Shown here one piece after another: positions 47,894 to 57,813 of a DNA stretch of 64,000 nt. The notes under the pieces were generated by a model. That model was given only the letters and a program-made list of their open reading frames with translations. It had not been told where the DNA came from and searched no databases. Each line of letters opens with the position of its first letter. Position 1 is the first letter of the stretch. The stretch is from contig CANQPG010000005.1 in NCBI GenBank assembly GCA_947625705.1, positions 2,531 through 66,530 of the forward strand. Direction: 5' to 3'. This stretch comes from an uncultured Peptococcaceae bacterium. Lineage in GTDB: Bacteria; Bacillota; Dehalobacteriia; UBA4068; UBA4997. The translations under genes were made by a program, and so were the position numbers.

Positions 47894-49234
47894 TTATTCC
47901 CCCACTTTCGCCGCGTTTTCCGCGTTGAAATTATTATTCCTCACCACCAGCAGCCGTTTATAGGCCGCCGGGAGATATTTAATGATGTCCGTGGCGCTCA
48001 TCGCGTATTCCGTAAGCTCCGCCGCCGCCAGATCGCCCGCCAGCCCGTGCAGATACACGCCGAACGCCGCCGCCCGCCAAGGTTCCATGCCCTGCGCCAG
48101 CCACGCGCCGATGATACCCGCCAGCACGTCGCCGCTGCCGCCCGTGGCCATGCCGGGGTTGCCGCTGCTGTTGGCGTAACACCGCCCATCGGGCGCGGCG
48201 GTCAAAGTACGCGCGCCTTTCAGCACCACGACGGCGTTAAACTTCGTCGCCGCCTGCCGCACGGCGCTTAAACGATCGGCCTCCACCTCCGCCGGGGTAA
48301 GGCCCAGCAGCCGCGCCATCTCGCCGCTGTGCGGCGTCAGCACGGCCTGCGCGGGCTTAACGCCGGTTTCGGCCAGCGCATAGAGCCCGTCCGCGTCGAC
48401 CACCTTATGGCCGGGAAGAACCGCGAGCCTTGCCGCCAGCTCTACCGTTTCCGCCGCGCGGCCAAGCCCCATGCCAATGACGGGAGTTTTACCGGGGGCA
48501 AGCGCATTAAGCGCCGGGAGAGCCCCCATATCCAGATAACCGTTGCGGGCGGTAAGCTGCTGGCTTATCACCTCCGGCGCGGGCGAAGCGACATTTGACG
48601 GTGCGGCCAGCGTCACCAGCCCCGCCCCGGCTTTCAATGCCGCCAGCGCCGCCATCTGCGGCGCGCCGGGGTAATTGGCCGAGCCGCCCACTGCCAGCAC
48701 ATGGCCAAACGTGCCTTTATACGCCCCGCGCGGCCGTGGCGGCAGCCAGCCCGCCGCCAGCGCCGCCGTAACCTCAACGGGTGCGTCCGCGCCGATATTA
48801 AGCGGCGTAAAGCCCGGCGGCGAAAGCTCCGCCAGCGCCTGCCGTGCCGCGCCTGCCTGCTCGTCCCCCACTAAAAGTACCACGCAGCAGACCTGCTCCC
48901 GGTCGTGCGTCAGGCTCACCAGCACGTCCGCCACGCCGCGCGCCGCCAGTTCCGCCTGCAAAGCCTGCGGCAAACGTACTTCCGGGCGGCCTGCCACGTC
49001 CCGCCAAAGCTCCGCCTGCCAGAAAATGCCGCGGCTGTCGGCCAAAAGATGGGCGGCCGCCTTATAAAACGCCTCTTTGGCGGCAAAGGCGGCGGCCAGC
49101 GCCTCCGCCGCCCGCCCGGATTTTTCGGCAAACGCCAGCTCCGCCGCCGTAAAGCGGCTTCCCGCGCCCGGCTTCGTGACCCAGCCCGCCAAGCGCGCCT
49201 TTTCGATCAGATCAACGCCTATGCCCAGCACCAT
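47894..49234 (-). CDS. Fusion of holo-ACP synthase (AcpS, N-terminal) with ADP-dependent NAD(P)H-hydrate dehydratase (YjeF_C/Nnr-type, C-terminal)
   Basis: The N-terminal ~115 aa (MVLGIGVDLIEKARL...KEAFYKA) has the AcpS PPTase motif. The remainder (GTFGHVLAVGGS...GSGDVLAG) has the YjeF C-terminal kinase-like motifs. This fits the acpS-alr neighbourhood known in Bacillus. Confidence 0.75.
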   Translation of the reverse strand: MVLGIGVDLIEKARLAGWVTKPGAGSRFTAAELAFAEKSGRAAEALAAAFAAKEAFYKAAAHLLADSRGIFWQAELWRDVAGRPEVRLPQALQAELAARGVADVLVSLTHDREQVCCVVLLVGDEQAGAARQALAELSPPGFTPLNIGADAPVEVTAALAAGWLPPRPRGAYKGTFGHVLAVGGSANYPGAPQMAALAALKAGAGLVTLAAPSNVASPAPEVISQQLTARNGYLDMGALPALNALAPGKTPVIGMGLGRAAETVELAARLAVLPGHKVVDADGLYALAETGVKPAQAVLTPHSGEMARLLGLTPAEVEADRLSAVRQAATKFNAVVVLKGARTLTAAPDGRCYANSSGNPGMATGGSGDVLAGIIGAWLAQGMEPWRAAAFGVYLHGLAGDLAAAELTEYAMSATDIIKYLPAAYKRLLVVRNNNFNAENAAKVGE

Positions 49235-51098
49235 TGCGTTTACCTCCTTTAAACGGGGTTTTGCCACCGGAGCGGCGGCTGTTCGCCCGGCGCTTCGGCG
49301 GCTCGCCCGGCGGCGGGACGAGATACTGCCGCCCCCAGCCGATCAAGTCCTCGCGTCCCAATTTTTGCAGCGCCGCCCGCACCTGCGGAAAATTCTCCGG
49401 CCGGGCAAAATGCAGCAGCGCCCGCTGCATATCGCGCTCCTCGCGGCTCCGCGCCACGTAGACCGGCTGCATATCGTCGGGGTTCAGGCCGGTGTAATAC
49501 ATGCAGGTGCTTTTGCTGCCGGGCGAGGGCAGAAACAGCTGCACCTGCTCCGGCTGATAGCCGCCCTGCTTCATCTCCAGCGCCAGCCCCAGCGCGTCCT
49601 GCAAAGTGCAGCCGGGGTGCGCCGCAATGAAATACGGCAGCAGGTATTGGGGCTTCCCCGCCTGCTCCGTCATCTTGGCAAAGCGCGCCGCAAACCGCCG
49701 GTAAACGCCGTAATCGGGCTTGCCCATCGCCGCCAGCACCCGCGGCTGGCAATGCTCGGGCGCCACCTTCAAATGGCCGCTGACGTGGTTCGCCACCAAC
49801 TGGCGCAGGAAGTCGGGCTTTTTGTCCAGCATGATATAATCATAGCGGATACCGGAGCGGATAAACACCTTTTTCACGCCCGGCAGCGCCGCCACCCGCC
49901 TAAGCAGCGTGATATACTCGCTCATGTCCGGTTTCAGATTGGCGCAGGGCGCAGGATACAGGCAATGTTTGCCGCGGCAGGGGCCGTATTTTTTCGCCTT
50001 GGCGCAGCCCTGCCCGCGGAAGTTGGCCGTGGGACCGCCCAAATCGTGGATATACCCCTTGAAATTCGGCTTTTCGGTCAGCCTTTTCGCCTCAGCGAGG
50101 ATACTCTCGGCGCTGCGGTTCTGGATTATCGACCCCTGATGGTGGCCGATCGAGCAGAACGCGCAGCTGCCGAAGCAGCCCCGGTGCGAAAGCAACGAGA
50201 ACTCCACCTCGGCAAACGCCGGCACGCCGCCCGCCGCGTCATACGAGGGGTGCCAGCGGTTCTCAAACGGCAGCTCGTATATCTCGTCCATTTCCGGTGT
50301 GGTCAAGGGGCGCTGCGGCGGGTTCACCACCAGATACTCCGCCCCGTGCCGCTGGATCAGGATTTTGCCGTCATAGAAATTCTGCTCCAGATCGATATTA
50401 TGAAACGCTTTGGCAAACGCCTGCTTGCTGGACGCCACCTGCTTCAATCCCGGCAGCTCCAGCACGCGGCGGCTGGGCAAAGCGCCCCCCACCGGCACCC
50501 GATACGCCAGCCCCGGAATATGGCGGCAATCCCCCGGCACGCTGCCCGCCGCCAGCACCTCGGCCACGGCCTTTAACGTCAGCTCCGCCATGCCGTAGAC
50601 CAGCAGATCGGCGTCGCCCTCAAAAAGCCACGAGGGCTTGACGCTGTTGCTCCAAAAATCGTAATGGGCAAAGCGGCGCATACTGGCCTCCACCCCGCCC
50701 AGGATCAGCGGCGTCTGCTCACCGAACGCCTGCCGCGCCAGCCGGGCATACACCGCCGCCGCGTAATCGGGTCTAAGCCCGATTTTACCGCCGGGCGAAT
50801 AAGCGTCCTGATGGCGGCGCTTTTTGGCCGCCGTGTAATGGTTGATCATCGAATCCATGTTACCGGAACTGATCAGCACGCCATAACGCGGCCTGCCCAT
50901 AACTTTCAGGCTTGCGGCGTCATGCCAGTCCGGTTGGGCGATAATGCCGACGCGATAGCCCAAATGCTCCAGCCAGCGCGCCACCAGCGGCGAGCCGAAC
51001 GAATAATGATCGACCACCGCGTCGCCCGTGATGATCAAAAAATCCAGATAATGCCAGTCGCGCAGGTTCATATCCTCGCGCGTCATCGGTAAAAACAT
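49212..51098 (-). CDS. YgiQ-family radical SAM protein (UPF0313)
   Basis: The N-terminus FLPMTREDM...ITGDAVVDHYSFG matches E. coli YgiQ (FLPMSREEM...VTGDAYVDHPSFG). It has a CxxxCxxC radical SAM cluster and a basic C-terminal tail. Confidence 0.85.
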   Translation of the reverse strand: MFLPMTREDMNLRDWHYLDFLIITGDAVVDHYSFGSPLVARWLEHLGYRVGIIAQPDWHDAASLKVMGRPRYGVLISSGNMDSMINHYTAAKKRRHQDAYSPGGKIGLRPDYAAAVYARLARQAFGEQTPLILGGVEASMRRFAHYDFWSNSVKPSWLFEGDADLLVYGMAELTLKAVAEVLAAGSVPGDCRHIPGLAYRVPVGGALPSRRVLELPGLKQVASSKQAFAKAFHNIDLEQNFYDGKILIQRHGAEYLVVNPPQRPLTTPEMDEIYELPFENRWHPSYDAAGGVPAFAEVEFSLLSHRGCFGSCAFCSIGHHQGSIIQNRSAESILAEAKRLTEKPNFKGYIHDLGGPTANFRGQGCAKAKKYGPCRGKHCLYPAPCANLKPDMSEYITLLRRVAALPGVKKVFIRSGIRYDYIMLDKKPDFLRQLVANHVSGHLKVAPEHCQPRVLAAMGKPDYGVYRRFAARFAKMTEQAGKPQYLLPYFIAAHPGCTLQDALGLALEMKQGGYQPEQVQLFLPSPGSKSTCMYYTGLNPDDMQPVYVARSREERDMQRALLHFARPENFPQVRAALQKLGREDLIGWGRQYLVPPPGEPPKRRANSRRSGGKTPFKGGKRNGAGHRR

Positions 51099-51110
51099 AG
51101 ATGTGTCCTC

Positions 51111-51844
51111 TTATTTAATCTTCCGCGGCTTGTGCCCCAGATAATCGCTGCTGATCAAATTAAACTCAATGCCCCAATGCTCGCCGGTGAGGGCAAAATC
51201 GGTCTTCACGCCGTGCAGGTGGCCGAAATAGCAGCGCGAGACCTGATACTTCTGCATCAGCTCGATCATTTCATTATAATCGCGCTTATCGTTCACCGGC
51301 GGAAAATGCAGCATGACCACCCGCTCATAGCGGCCGCCCGCCGCCTGCTCCTTTTTCACCGCGTCAGAGAGTGCCATTTCCAGCCGCAGCAGCTCCCGGC
51401 GGTAAATTTTGGCGGCCTCGGCGTCAAAATCGGCGCTGCCCGGGCAATACCAGCCGCGCGTGGCGGCCACCGAAAGCCCCTCCGCCAGATACGCCTCGTT
51501 TTGCAGCAGGGTGACGTTCGGCGGCATGGCTCGCTGCGATTTGGCTTTGGTCTCCCACCAATAATCGTGGTTGCCCTTGCTTAAAAGCAAATGCCCCGGC
51601 AGAAGACCGAGGAACGCAAAATCGTGCTCCCCCTCCGGGAGCGTCATCGCCCAGCTTAAGTCGCCGGGCAGGAAAACGGTATCTTCGGGCGCAACTTCCG
51701 CCTGAAATTTTGGTGAAGCCGCGCCACGTGCCGCGTCCAATCGCCGCCGAACACGTCCATCGGCTTATAAAGCTGCGGCTCTTCGCCCGGCTGAAACGGC
51801 GCGGAGAGCGACAAATGAAAATCAGAGATGACCCAAACGGACAT
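51111..51844 (-). CDS. Metallophosphoesterase (calcineurin-like). It is split into two frames by an indel near 51700-51720.
   Basis: Motif I MSVWVISDFH is in ORF 51656..51844. Motifs GDLSW and GNHDYW are in ORF 51111..51740. The frames overlap at 51656-51740. Confidence 0.7.
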
Positions 51845-51860
51845 ATTACCCTCCGCGAAT

Positions 51861-52167
51861 TTAATCTAAAACCAGCCAGCGGCAGAGCAGAAACCACAGC
51901 GCGATGTGGCCGAAAAAGGCCGAGGAACACCGCCCAAAAGACGGGCTTCCGCGTTTTGTGATGAAAAAGCTGCATGCCGGCCAGGCCGCCCAAACCGCCG
52001 GAGAGCGCGCCCAAAATCAGCAGCGTTTTTTCCGGTACGCGCCGATAATCGTGCACCGCGCAGAATTTATCCCACCCCATGATGGCCAAAAGCAGCACGT
52101 TCAGCGCCAGATAATAGACCAGCGGCAGCCGCGCCGCCGTCTCCGCCAAGGTTTCCCCAATGCCCAT
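51861..52167 (-). CDS. DUF1294-family small membrane protein. Its 3' end is obscured by a probable T-homopolymer indel.
   Basis: The start at 52167 (MGIGETLAE...) is preceded by RBS GGAGGGAAG. Motif WDKFCAVHDYRRVPEKTLL...HHKTRKP. The as-read frame runs on into the next gene. Shifting at ggccttttt gives a hydrophobic C-terminus, ...FFGHIALWFLLCRWLVLD, that ends at the taa at 51861. Confidence 0.5.
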
Positions 52168-52307
52168 ATTAAACTTCCCTCCGCAATTTTGTGCATATTT
52201 AACAGTTAATTTTAACATACTAAGCCTGCAAAGGTAAATAGCAAATTTAATTCTTGCCCAAAGGGTGCGCTTGCCCCGGCGGGCGGGAGCAAAAGGAGGC
52301 TTTTTTC

Positions 52308-52523
52308 ATGCTGAAATTAAATGCCATCGACTACATCGCGCATATTCTGGTGATCGTCGGCGCGGTGAACTGGGGTCTGGTCGGCTTTTTCAACTATGAC
52401 CTGGTGGGCGCGCTGTTCGGCGGCGCGGCTTCGGTCATCAGCCGCTGCATTTTCGCGCTGGTGGGGCTGGCCGGGCTCTATGTCATCAGTTTCTTCTTCC
52501 GGCGCGACCGGCTGACCGCCTAA
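52308..52523 (+). CDS. DUF378-domain small membrane protein
   Basis: The sequence MLKLNAIDYIAHILVIVGAVNWGLVGFF...LVGLAGLYVI matches the DUF378 pattern (two TM helices). Confidence 0.7.
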   Translation: MLKLNAIDYIAHILVIVGAVNWGLVGFFNYDLVGALFGGAASVISRCIFALVGLAGLYVISFFFRRDRLTA

Positions 52524-52540
52524 ACACCCGGAATAAACGC

Positions 52541-52575
52541 AAAAAAGCCGTCTGCCAGGCAGGCGGCTTTTTTCA
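52541..52575. terminator. Bidirectional terminator hairpin between the convergent DUF378 and pduL genes
   Basis: aaaaaaGCCGTCTGCCaggcAGGCGGCtttttt. Confidence 0.55.
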
Positions 52576-52590
52576 TGCCGAATTTTGGGC

Positions 52591-53235
52591 TTATTCTTCC
52601 GTTGTACACTCGTTCAGCAGCACCAGCGCGCGGGATTCCGCCGTGATCTTGAACGCATTGGCGGCGTCGGTGTCGATGTGCAGATCCTTGGCGTGCATTT
52701 TGCCCACGCGCGCCGGGATATTGAACAGACAGCCGGATTTATCGCCGGTTTTAATGAAGATATCCACCCGCTGGTGGTCTTTGATACCCAGCGGCGCGGC
52801 CTCCTCGTCGGAAAGGTGCAGGTGCGTGGCGGCGCAGATCACGCCGTGGTCGATGGTGATATAGCCGTTCGGCCCCAAAAGTATGCAGCCATACGTCCCC
52901 GCCAGATCGCCCGAATCCCGCAAAAGCGCGTTGATACCGGCCAGGCGCGCCTCCGTCTCGGCCAGCTCCACCTGCGTTTCGGCGCGCAGGGGGCCAAGTA
53001 TCCGCACGTTTTCGATCATGCCCTTAGAGCCGATGACCGTCAGCGTTTCCTCGGCGGCAAACTGCCCCGGCTGGGTCAGCTTCTTTTTGGGGTGCAGCGT
53101 GTAGCCCGGGCCAAAAAGCTTATCCATATCGGCCTGGCACAAATGCACATGGTGGTTGGAAACGCCCACCGTGGCCACCGCCGGGTTGGTGTCGTCCAAC
53201 AAAATGTTCTCGTCTATCGTGAATTTACGAATCAT
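52591..53235 (-). CDS. pduL: Phosphate propanoyltransferase-like (PduL family phosphotransacylase)
   Basis: Two PduL repeats (GVSNHHVHL...; ICAATHLHL...). The start MIRKFTID is preceded by GGAGGATTGGCG. No BMC shell genes lie nearby. Confidence 0.75.
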   Translation of the reverse strand: MIRKFTIDENILLDDTNPAVATVGVSNHHVHLCQADMDKLFGPGYTLHPKKKLTQPGQFAAEETLTVIGSKGMIENVRILGPLRAETQVELAETEARLAGINALLRDSGDLAGTYGCILLGPNGYITIDHGVICAATHLHLSDEEAAPLGIKDHQRVDIFIKTGDKSGCLFNIPARVGKMHAKDLHIDTDAANAFKITAESRALVLLNECTTEE

Positions 53236-53304
53236 CGCCAATCCTCCAGCCAAATAAAATTTACTGTTATTGTAACACAAATTGCGCCCGCGCTCAAGCG
53301 GCAT

Positions 53305-53664
53305 TTATTCAATATATTTATGCAGAAAATCTTTCAGCCTGGCCACCGTCTCGCCGTCGTCCGCCGCGTTATCGATCAGGCGGCACACCAGATCGCTCAT
53401 GCTGAGGCCGTCGGGAAGATACGGCAGGGCAGGCTCCTTAAGCCTGGCCGGCGGCAGCTGCTCCGGTGCGGCAGGCTTGGCCGCCTCCCGGGGCGCGGCC
53501 ATATCCTCCTGCGCCAGCAGGCGCAGCAATTCCCGCGCCAGCCCCGCCGGGTCGCCCTCACCGGCCAGATAGCTCTTCAGCAGCTCCCAAACCTCTGCTT
53601 CACGCGCGTTTGCCCAATCATCATTCTGCTTAACCACGGTAAACCTCCTTGTCCGCCCCGACAT
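53305..53664 (-). CDS. Hypothetical protein
   Basis: 119 aa ORF translationally coupled to pduL. No recognisable motif. Confidence 0.35.
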   Translation of the reverse strand: MSGRTRRFTVVKQNDDWANAREAEVWELLKSYLAGEGDPAGLARELLRLLAQEDMAAPREAAKPAAPEQLPPARLKEPALPYLPDGLSMSDLVCRLIDNAADDGETVARLKDFLHKYIE

Positions 53665-53678
53665 TCCTGCTGTTGGAG

Positions 53679-54308
53679 TCAGCTGCGTTTGCGCCGTTTC
53701 AGCTTCACCTTGGCGCGCTGGTTGGCGGTGTTCTTGCGGATCAGCTCGCGTATCTGCTCTTTTTCGTCCTCCGAAAGCCCCTTCAAAGGCAGCACCACCA
53801 TGTGGAATTTCAGCAGCACAAAAACGATCGATTCGTCCGTTTCAAATATCCGGCTGAACTCACGCCAATGCAGGCGGCGGTCGCCGTGATTGCTGCACAC
53901 GGAGACGCCCTTAAAATTCAGCACGATGCGCTGGTCATTCACCCAAAAATCGTTGTTGTCGCGCATAAACTTCCAACGCTTTTTAACATAGATCGGCATA
54001 CCGAGGAACGACACCACCACCACCAGCACCACGCCGGCCTTGGTCGTCCACGGCACGTCCGGGTTGGTGAAGCTGCCGGTGATCAGCGTCTGCGCCAGCA
54101 GCGCCACCGCCAGCAGAATAATTAACTGCGACCAACCGCGGCGGAAGAACTCCTCGAAATGCGCCCGCTGATACTGGGCGTCGCTGATGGTCAGCTTGAT
54201 CTTGAACTCCTTATTTTCCAGCTTATGGCTTTTGATCGTGTCCTGGCGCGCCTGTTCGGCGCCGACCAATTCGCTGTTGATGTCAGCCAAATGAATAACC
54301 TCCCCCAA
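53679..54308 (-). CDS. YcxB-like membrane protein (bPH-type)
   Basis: Two central TM helices flanked by soluble regions. It resembles the YcxB family. Low to moderate confidence. Confidence 0.45.
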   Translation of the reverse strand: MGEVIHLADINSELVGAEQARQDTIKSHKLENKEFKIKLTISDAQYQRAHFEEFFRRGWSQLIILLAVALLAQTLITGSFTNPDVPWTTKAGVVLVVVVSFLGMPIYVKKRWKFMRDNNDFWVNDQRIVLNFKGVSVCSNHGDRRLHWREFSRIFETDESIVFVLLKFHMVVLPLKGLSEDEKEQIRELIRKNTANQRAKVKLKRRKRS

Positions 54309-54315
54309 AAGTTGC

Positions 54316-54993
54316 TTATAAATTCAGGCAAACCAGCAGGCTGCCGCCGGTGAGGCGAACCGTCGCCGCCTCCGCCCGCACCACGTTGCTGATACCAAGC
54401 GTCTGCCGCCTTTTTAGCCGCCCGTTCAGCGGATACTCAAATCCGGAGAGCTCCACCCTCTCACAAGCCTCGCTGAGCGAAAGCAGCGAGAGCGTTTTGC
54501 CGCCAAAGCCGTGCAGGCTAAGCTCCTGCGGCACGCCGGCGGCGTAAAGCGGGCATAAGATCGCGTCGTCATGCACCAGCAAAACTTCCGCGCCCAGCCG
54601 CGCCAGCTTCTCCGCGCAGGCGATGTTGGCCAGCGTTTGGTCAATGCGCCCGCCCAGCGCCGAGAGAACCAGCAGCCGCCGCCGGCCGCGCTCCCAGAGC
54701 GTTTGCAGCAGAAACTCGCCGTCGGTCAGGTCTTTAGCAGCGGGCAGCGTCAAAATCTCGCACCCCGCCTCACGGCACTCAGCCAGCCCCGCCGCTGAAA
54801 GCGAATCAAAATCGCCGATCAGCAGATCAGGCTTACGCCCCACCGCAAGGGCAAGCGCCGCGCCGCCGTCCGCCGCCGCCATGTATGGCGCGCGGACAAT
54901 GGCATTAAGCAGCCGGCCGCTCCTGGGCGGCTTGCCCGCCAGCAGCACCAGCGCCGTGTCGTCACTCAACAGCTTTTCGGCCTGTAAACGCAT
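54316..54993 (-). CDS. thiN: Thiamine diphosphokinase (thiamine pyrophosphokinase)
   Basis: Motifs DGGA...LLIGDFDS...TLPAAKDLTDGE fit the TPK catalytic domain. The start is at MRLQAEKL. Confidence 0.75.
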   Translation of the reverse strand: MRLQAEKLLSDDTALVLLAGKPPRSGRLLNAIVRAPYMAAADGGAALALAVGRKPDLLIGDFDSLSAAGLAECREAGCEILTLPAAKDLTDGEFLLQTLWERGRRRLLVLSALGGRIDQTLANIACAEKLARLGAEVLLVHDDAILCPLYAAGVPQELSLHGFGGKTLSLLSLSEACERVELSGFEYPLNGRLKRRQTLGISNVVRAEAATVRLTGGSLLVCLNL

Positions 54994-55205
54994 GGTTCGC
55001 CCCCGCTTCTTTAACGTACTATTTAACATTATACACTAAAACGCAGCAGATTTGTAGAGTTTTTGCACTGATTTTGCCGGATAGAGGAAAAAAATTGCCC
55101 AAACGCCGCCGTCCGCTTGTATTCGCTGCCAAATTATTGTATAATTATATGATATAATTAGATAATTAGTTGTGTTTTTATTTTGCGGACAGGAGGGCGC
55201 GAGCA

Positions 55206-56468
55206 ATGCAGCAAACCCCCAACAACCAACCACCCAAGGCGGATAAAGCGCCGCAGCACAAGGCGGGCGATAACCGCCGCCTGCCCCAGCGCGTGGAGGA
55301 TCTGTTCAATTTTCAGCAGTTAATTAAGTCGTTTTACCTGTTCATGACGGGGCTGCTGCTGATCATCGCGTTTTTCATCGTGCAGAATCTGGCCTCCGTC
55401 AAAAACGGCTGGCAGAGCTTCGTCACGCTGGCGCAGCCGTTTATCTGGGGCATATGCATCGCCTATGTGCTGACGCCGCTTTTGAAGCGGATCGAGCGGG
55501 GCTTGTGCAAAAGCAAATTTCTGGCCGGGCATTTCAACACCCGCCGCGCCCTCGGCATCATCATCACGCTGGGTATCATATCGCTGCTGCTGGGCGTCTT
55601 TTTCAGCATGGTGATACCGGAGATCGTGAACAGCGTCATTGCCCTGTTCAACACGCTGACCAACTCCACCTCATACGACTGGCTGCGCGACTATCTGGGG
55701 CAAATCCTGGCTAAGCTGTCTGAGCTGGGCATAACCGACACCACCATGGAGGATATCCCGGGGCAGATCAGTGAATATCTGGAACACCCGGGTGAATATC
55801 TGGCCGAAGCGCTGCACTACACACAGCACTTCTTCGTCGCGGCCGGCATGAGCCTGAAAAACATTCTGCTGGCTATTATCGTCTCGATCTACCTGATGAT
55901 CGGCAAGGAGACGTTCATCGCCCAAAGCAAAAAAATCGTCTACGCCTGCGCCGAAACGGAGCGTGCCGAGCATTTCCTCGATTTTTGCAGCCGCACCAAC
56001 CGCATTTTCAGCGGCTTCATCTCCGGCAAACTGCTGGATTCGCTGATCATCGGTATCCTCTGCTTCATTCTGATGAACATTCTGCGGCTGGATTACGCCA
56101 TGCTGATCAGCCTGATCATCGGCGTCACCAACGTTATCCCGTTCTTCGGCCCGTTTATCGGCGCGATACCGAGCATACTGCTGCTGCTGATCATCTCGCC
56201 CAAGCAGGCGCTGATCTTTGCCGTTATGGTGCTGGCGCTTCAGCAGTTTGACGGCAATATCCTCGGCCCGAAGATCCTCGGCGGCGCCACCGGCCTCACC
56301 TCGTTCTGGGTCATCTTCGCCGTCATCATCATGGGCGGAACACTGGGGCTGGTGGGCATGTTCATCGGCGTGCCCATCTTCGCCACCATTTATATGGTAA
56401 CCAAAAACGTGGTGGAAAAGCGCCTGAAGAAGAAAAATCTGCCGGTGGATACCCAAAGCTACAAATAG
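55206..56468 (+). CDS. AI-2E family transporter (PerM/YueF-like permease)
   Basis: About 420 aa with 8 TM segments and the conserved FGPFIGAIP motif region. Confidence 0.85.
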   Translation: MQQTPNNQPPKADKAPQHKAGDNRRLPQRVEDLFNFQQLIKSFYLFMTGLLLIIAFFIVQNLASVKNGWQSFVTLAQPFIWGICIAYVLTPLLKRIERGLCKSKFLAGHFNTRRALGIIITLGIISLLLGVFFSMVIPEIVNSVIALFNTLTNSTSYDWLRDYLGQILAKLSELGITDTTMEDIPGQISEYLEHPGEYLAEALHYTQHFFVAAGMSLKNILLAIIVSIYLMIGKETFIAQSKKIVYACAETERAEHFLDFCSRTNRIFSGFISGKLLDSLIIGILCFILMNILRLDYAMLISLIIGVTNVIPFFGPFIGAIPSILLLLIISPKQALIFAVMVLALQQFDGNILGPKILGGATGLTSFWVIFAVIIMGGTLGLVGMFIGVPIFATIYMVTKNVVEKRLKKKNLPVDTQSYK

Positions 56469-56521
56469 GCATATCCGCCGGGGTTTTGGCATAAAATGCA
56501 CCGCAAAGCCCGAAAAAGGCG

Positions 56522-57004
56522 GTGTGCGCCATGCCCAAACCGAGCCTCCCCAAACTGCATTTTGCCCCACCCCCGCCGCTAAAGCGCTTTTTGCGGCGTC
56601 TGCGCCGTCTGCTGCTGCTGCCGGCGGCCGTTCTGGTGGGGCTTTTGCCTGTTCTGCTGTGGCTGCTTTTGGCGCTGCTCTGGTGGCAGCTGCCGTTTGA
56701 TTTTTCCGCCGACGTCCGCTGGTTCACCACGCTATGTCTGGTGGCCGCGCCGTTTATGGCCGGGTTTGCGCATTGCCGCTGGCAGCCCGCCGCCCCCGTC
56801 ACTGCCGGGGCGATCGCGGCTTTTTGGCTGTGGCTGCTGGGGCTTGTGCTGTGGCTTATCGCGTTCGGGGCGCCTGTTTGGCAAAAGGCTTTGGTTTCGC
56901 TGCTGGCCGCCCTGCTGCTGGGTGTGGCCGGTGGCATGTCCGCCCGGCGCATTGAACACGTCGTGCAGACGGAGCGGCAAAAACAGCAAAACGCCGCCGA
57001 ATAA
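56522..57004 (+). CDS. Hypothetical Leu/Trp-rich integral membrane protein
   Basis: ORF with 4 predicted TM helices. No family assignment. Confidence 0.4.
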   Translation: MCAMPKPSLPKLHFAPPPPLKRFLRRLRRLLLLPAAVLVGLLPVLLWLLLALLWWQLPFDFSADVRWFTTLCLVAAPFMAGFAHCRWQPAAPVTAGAIAAFWLWLLGLVLWLIAFGAPVWQKALVSLLAALLLGVAGGMSARRIEHVVQTERQKQQNAAE

Positions 57005-57065
57005 TTTTTTTGGAAAAGCTCTTGCAATTCCCGACCGCCTCTGGTATAATAATTTCTGCACATAT

Positions 57066-57152
57066 GCCGAAGTGGTGGAATTGGCAGACGCGCCGGACTC
57101 AAAATCCGGTGATGGCGACATCGTGTGGGTTCAAGTCCCACCTTCGGCACCA
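57066..57152 (+). tRNA. tRNA-Leu (anticodon CAA). It has a long variable arm.
   Basis: GCCGAAGTGGTGGAATTGGCAGACGCGCCGGACTCAAAATCCGGTGATGGCGACATCGTGTGGGTTCAAGTCCCACCTTCGGCACCA. Confidence 0.9.
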
Positions 57153-57190
57153 AAAAAACAAGTTGCCCCGCAGGGGCGGCTTGTTTTTTT
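57153..57190 (+). terminator. Rho-independent terminator after tRNA-Leu
   Basis: aaaaaaACAAGTTGCCCCGCAGGGGCGGCTTGTtttttttt. Confidence 0.7.
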
Positions 57191-57646
57191 TGCTGAGATG
57201 AGCGCAGAACCCACAAAACACCAAGCGGATACCTCTGACTGATGTTTGGGAAAAGGCCATTGGCAATCACGCCCAAAACTGCGGCAGCCAGGAAAGCGGT
57301 GTCCGCTTCAAGTCCCTCCAACAATTTTACTTAAGTTTAAGCTGGGGAAATTCTTGTCAAAATAAGGCTTGATCCTGCTTTTGACTGTAAATGAATAGTT
57401 AGAGTATTACTCTAAAATGCCTAAATATTTACCAAGACCGACCTTGGGTATAAGATGGCGGGAGCAAATCAAAAAGAATACTCTGCAAAAATTAACTTAC
57501 AGAGTATTCTTTTGCTTTTTGCCAATTAGTTTATATTTCTGCAAATACTTGTACGGCAAGTGCATTTCGTACTGCTATTAAAAATAATATCGGTAGCCAC
57601 ACTTTGGGAAATGGTATTTTTTTGGATAGTGGTACATCAACAGCTG

Positions 57647-57780
57647 CCTTTATTTACCGTCCTACTTATATATTCCCGCAAAAGTCGATTTGGTGACATT
57701 TTTTGGCAGTTTTTTTTTAAATTTGTCATAATGACAAAAAAGCCAGGCAGACCTTTAACAGTCTGTCTGGCTTTTTTATA
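57647..57780. repeat. Island inter-cassette element, copy 1. This is the 3' portion only: a terminator hairpin plus a promoter-like segment.
   Basis: About 85% identical to 59971-60110 and 62540-62680. It contains the hairpin AAGCCAGGCAGAC...GTCTGTCTGGCTT flanked by T/A runs. Confidence 0.8.
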
Positions 57781-57813
57781 GTTTATTTATACTCCGTTTT
57801 TAATTCTTAAAAT

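Noticed and set aside
57200-57560. Near-palindromes agagtattactct and cagagtattct in the ORF-free start of the island: a possible att site or inverted repeat
   Set aside because: Matches are short and imperfect. No matching repeat of the tRNA-Leu 3' end was found inside the window. It is not sufficient to call an att site.
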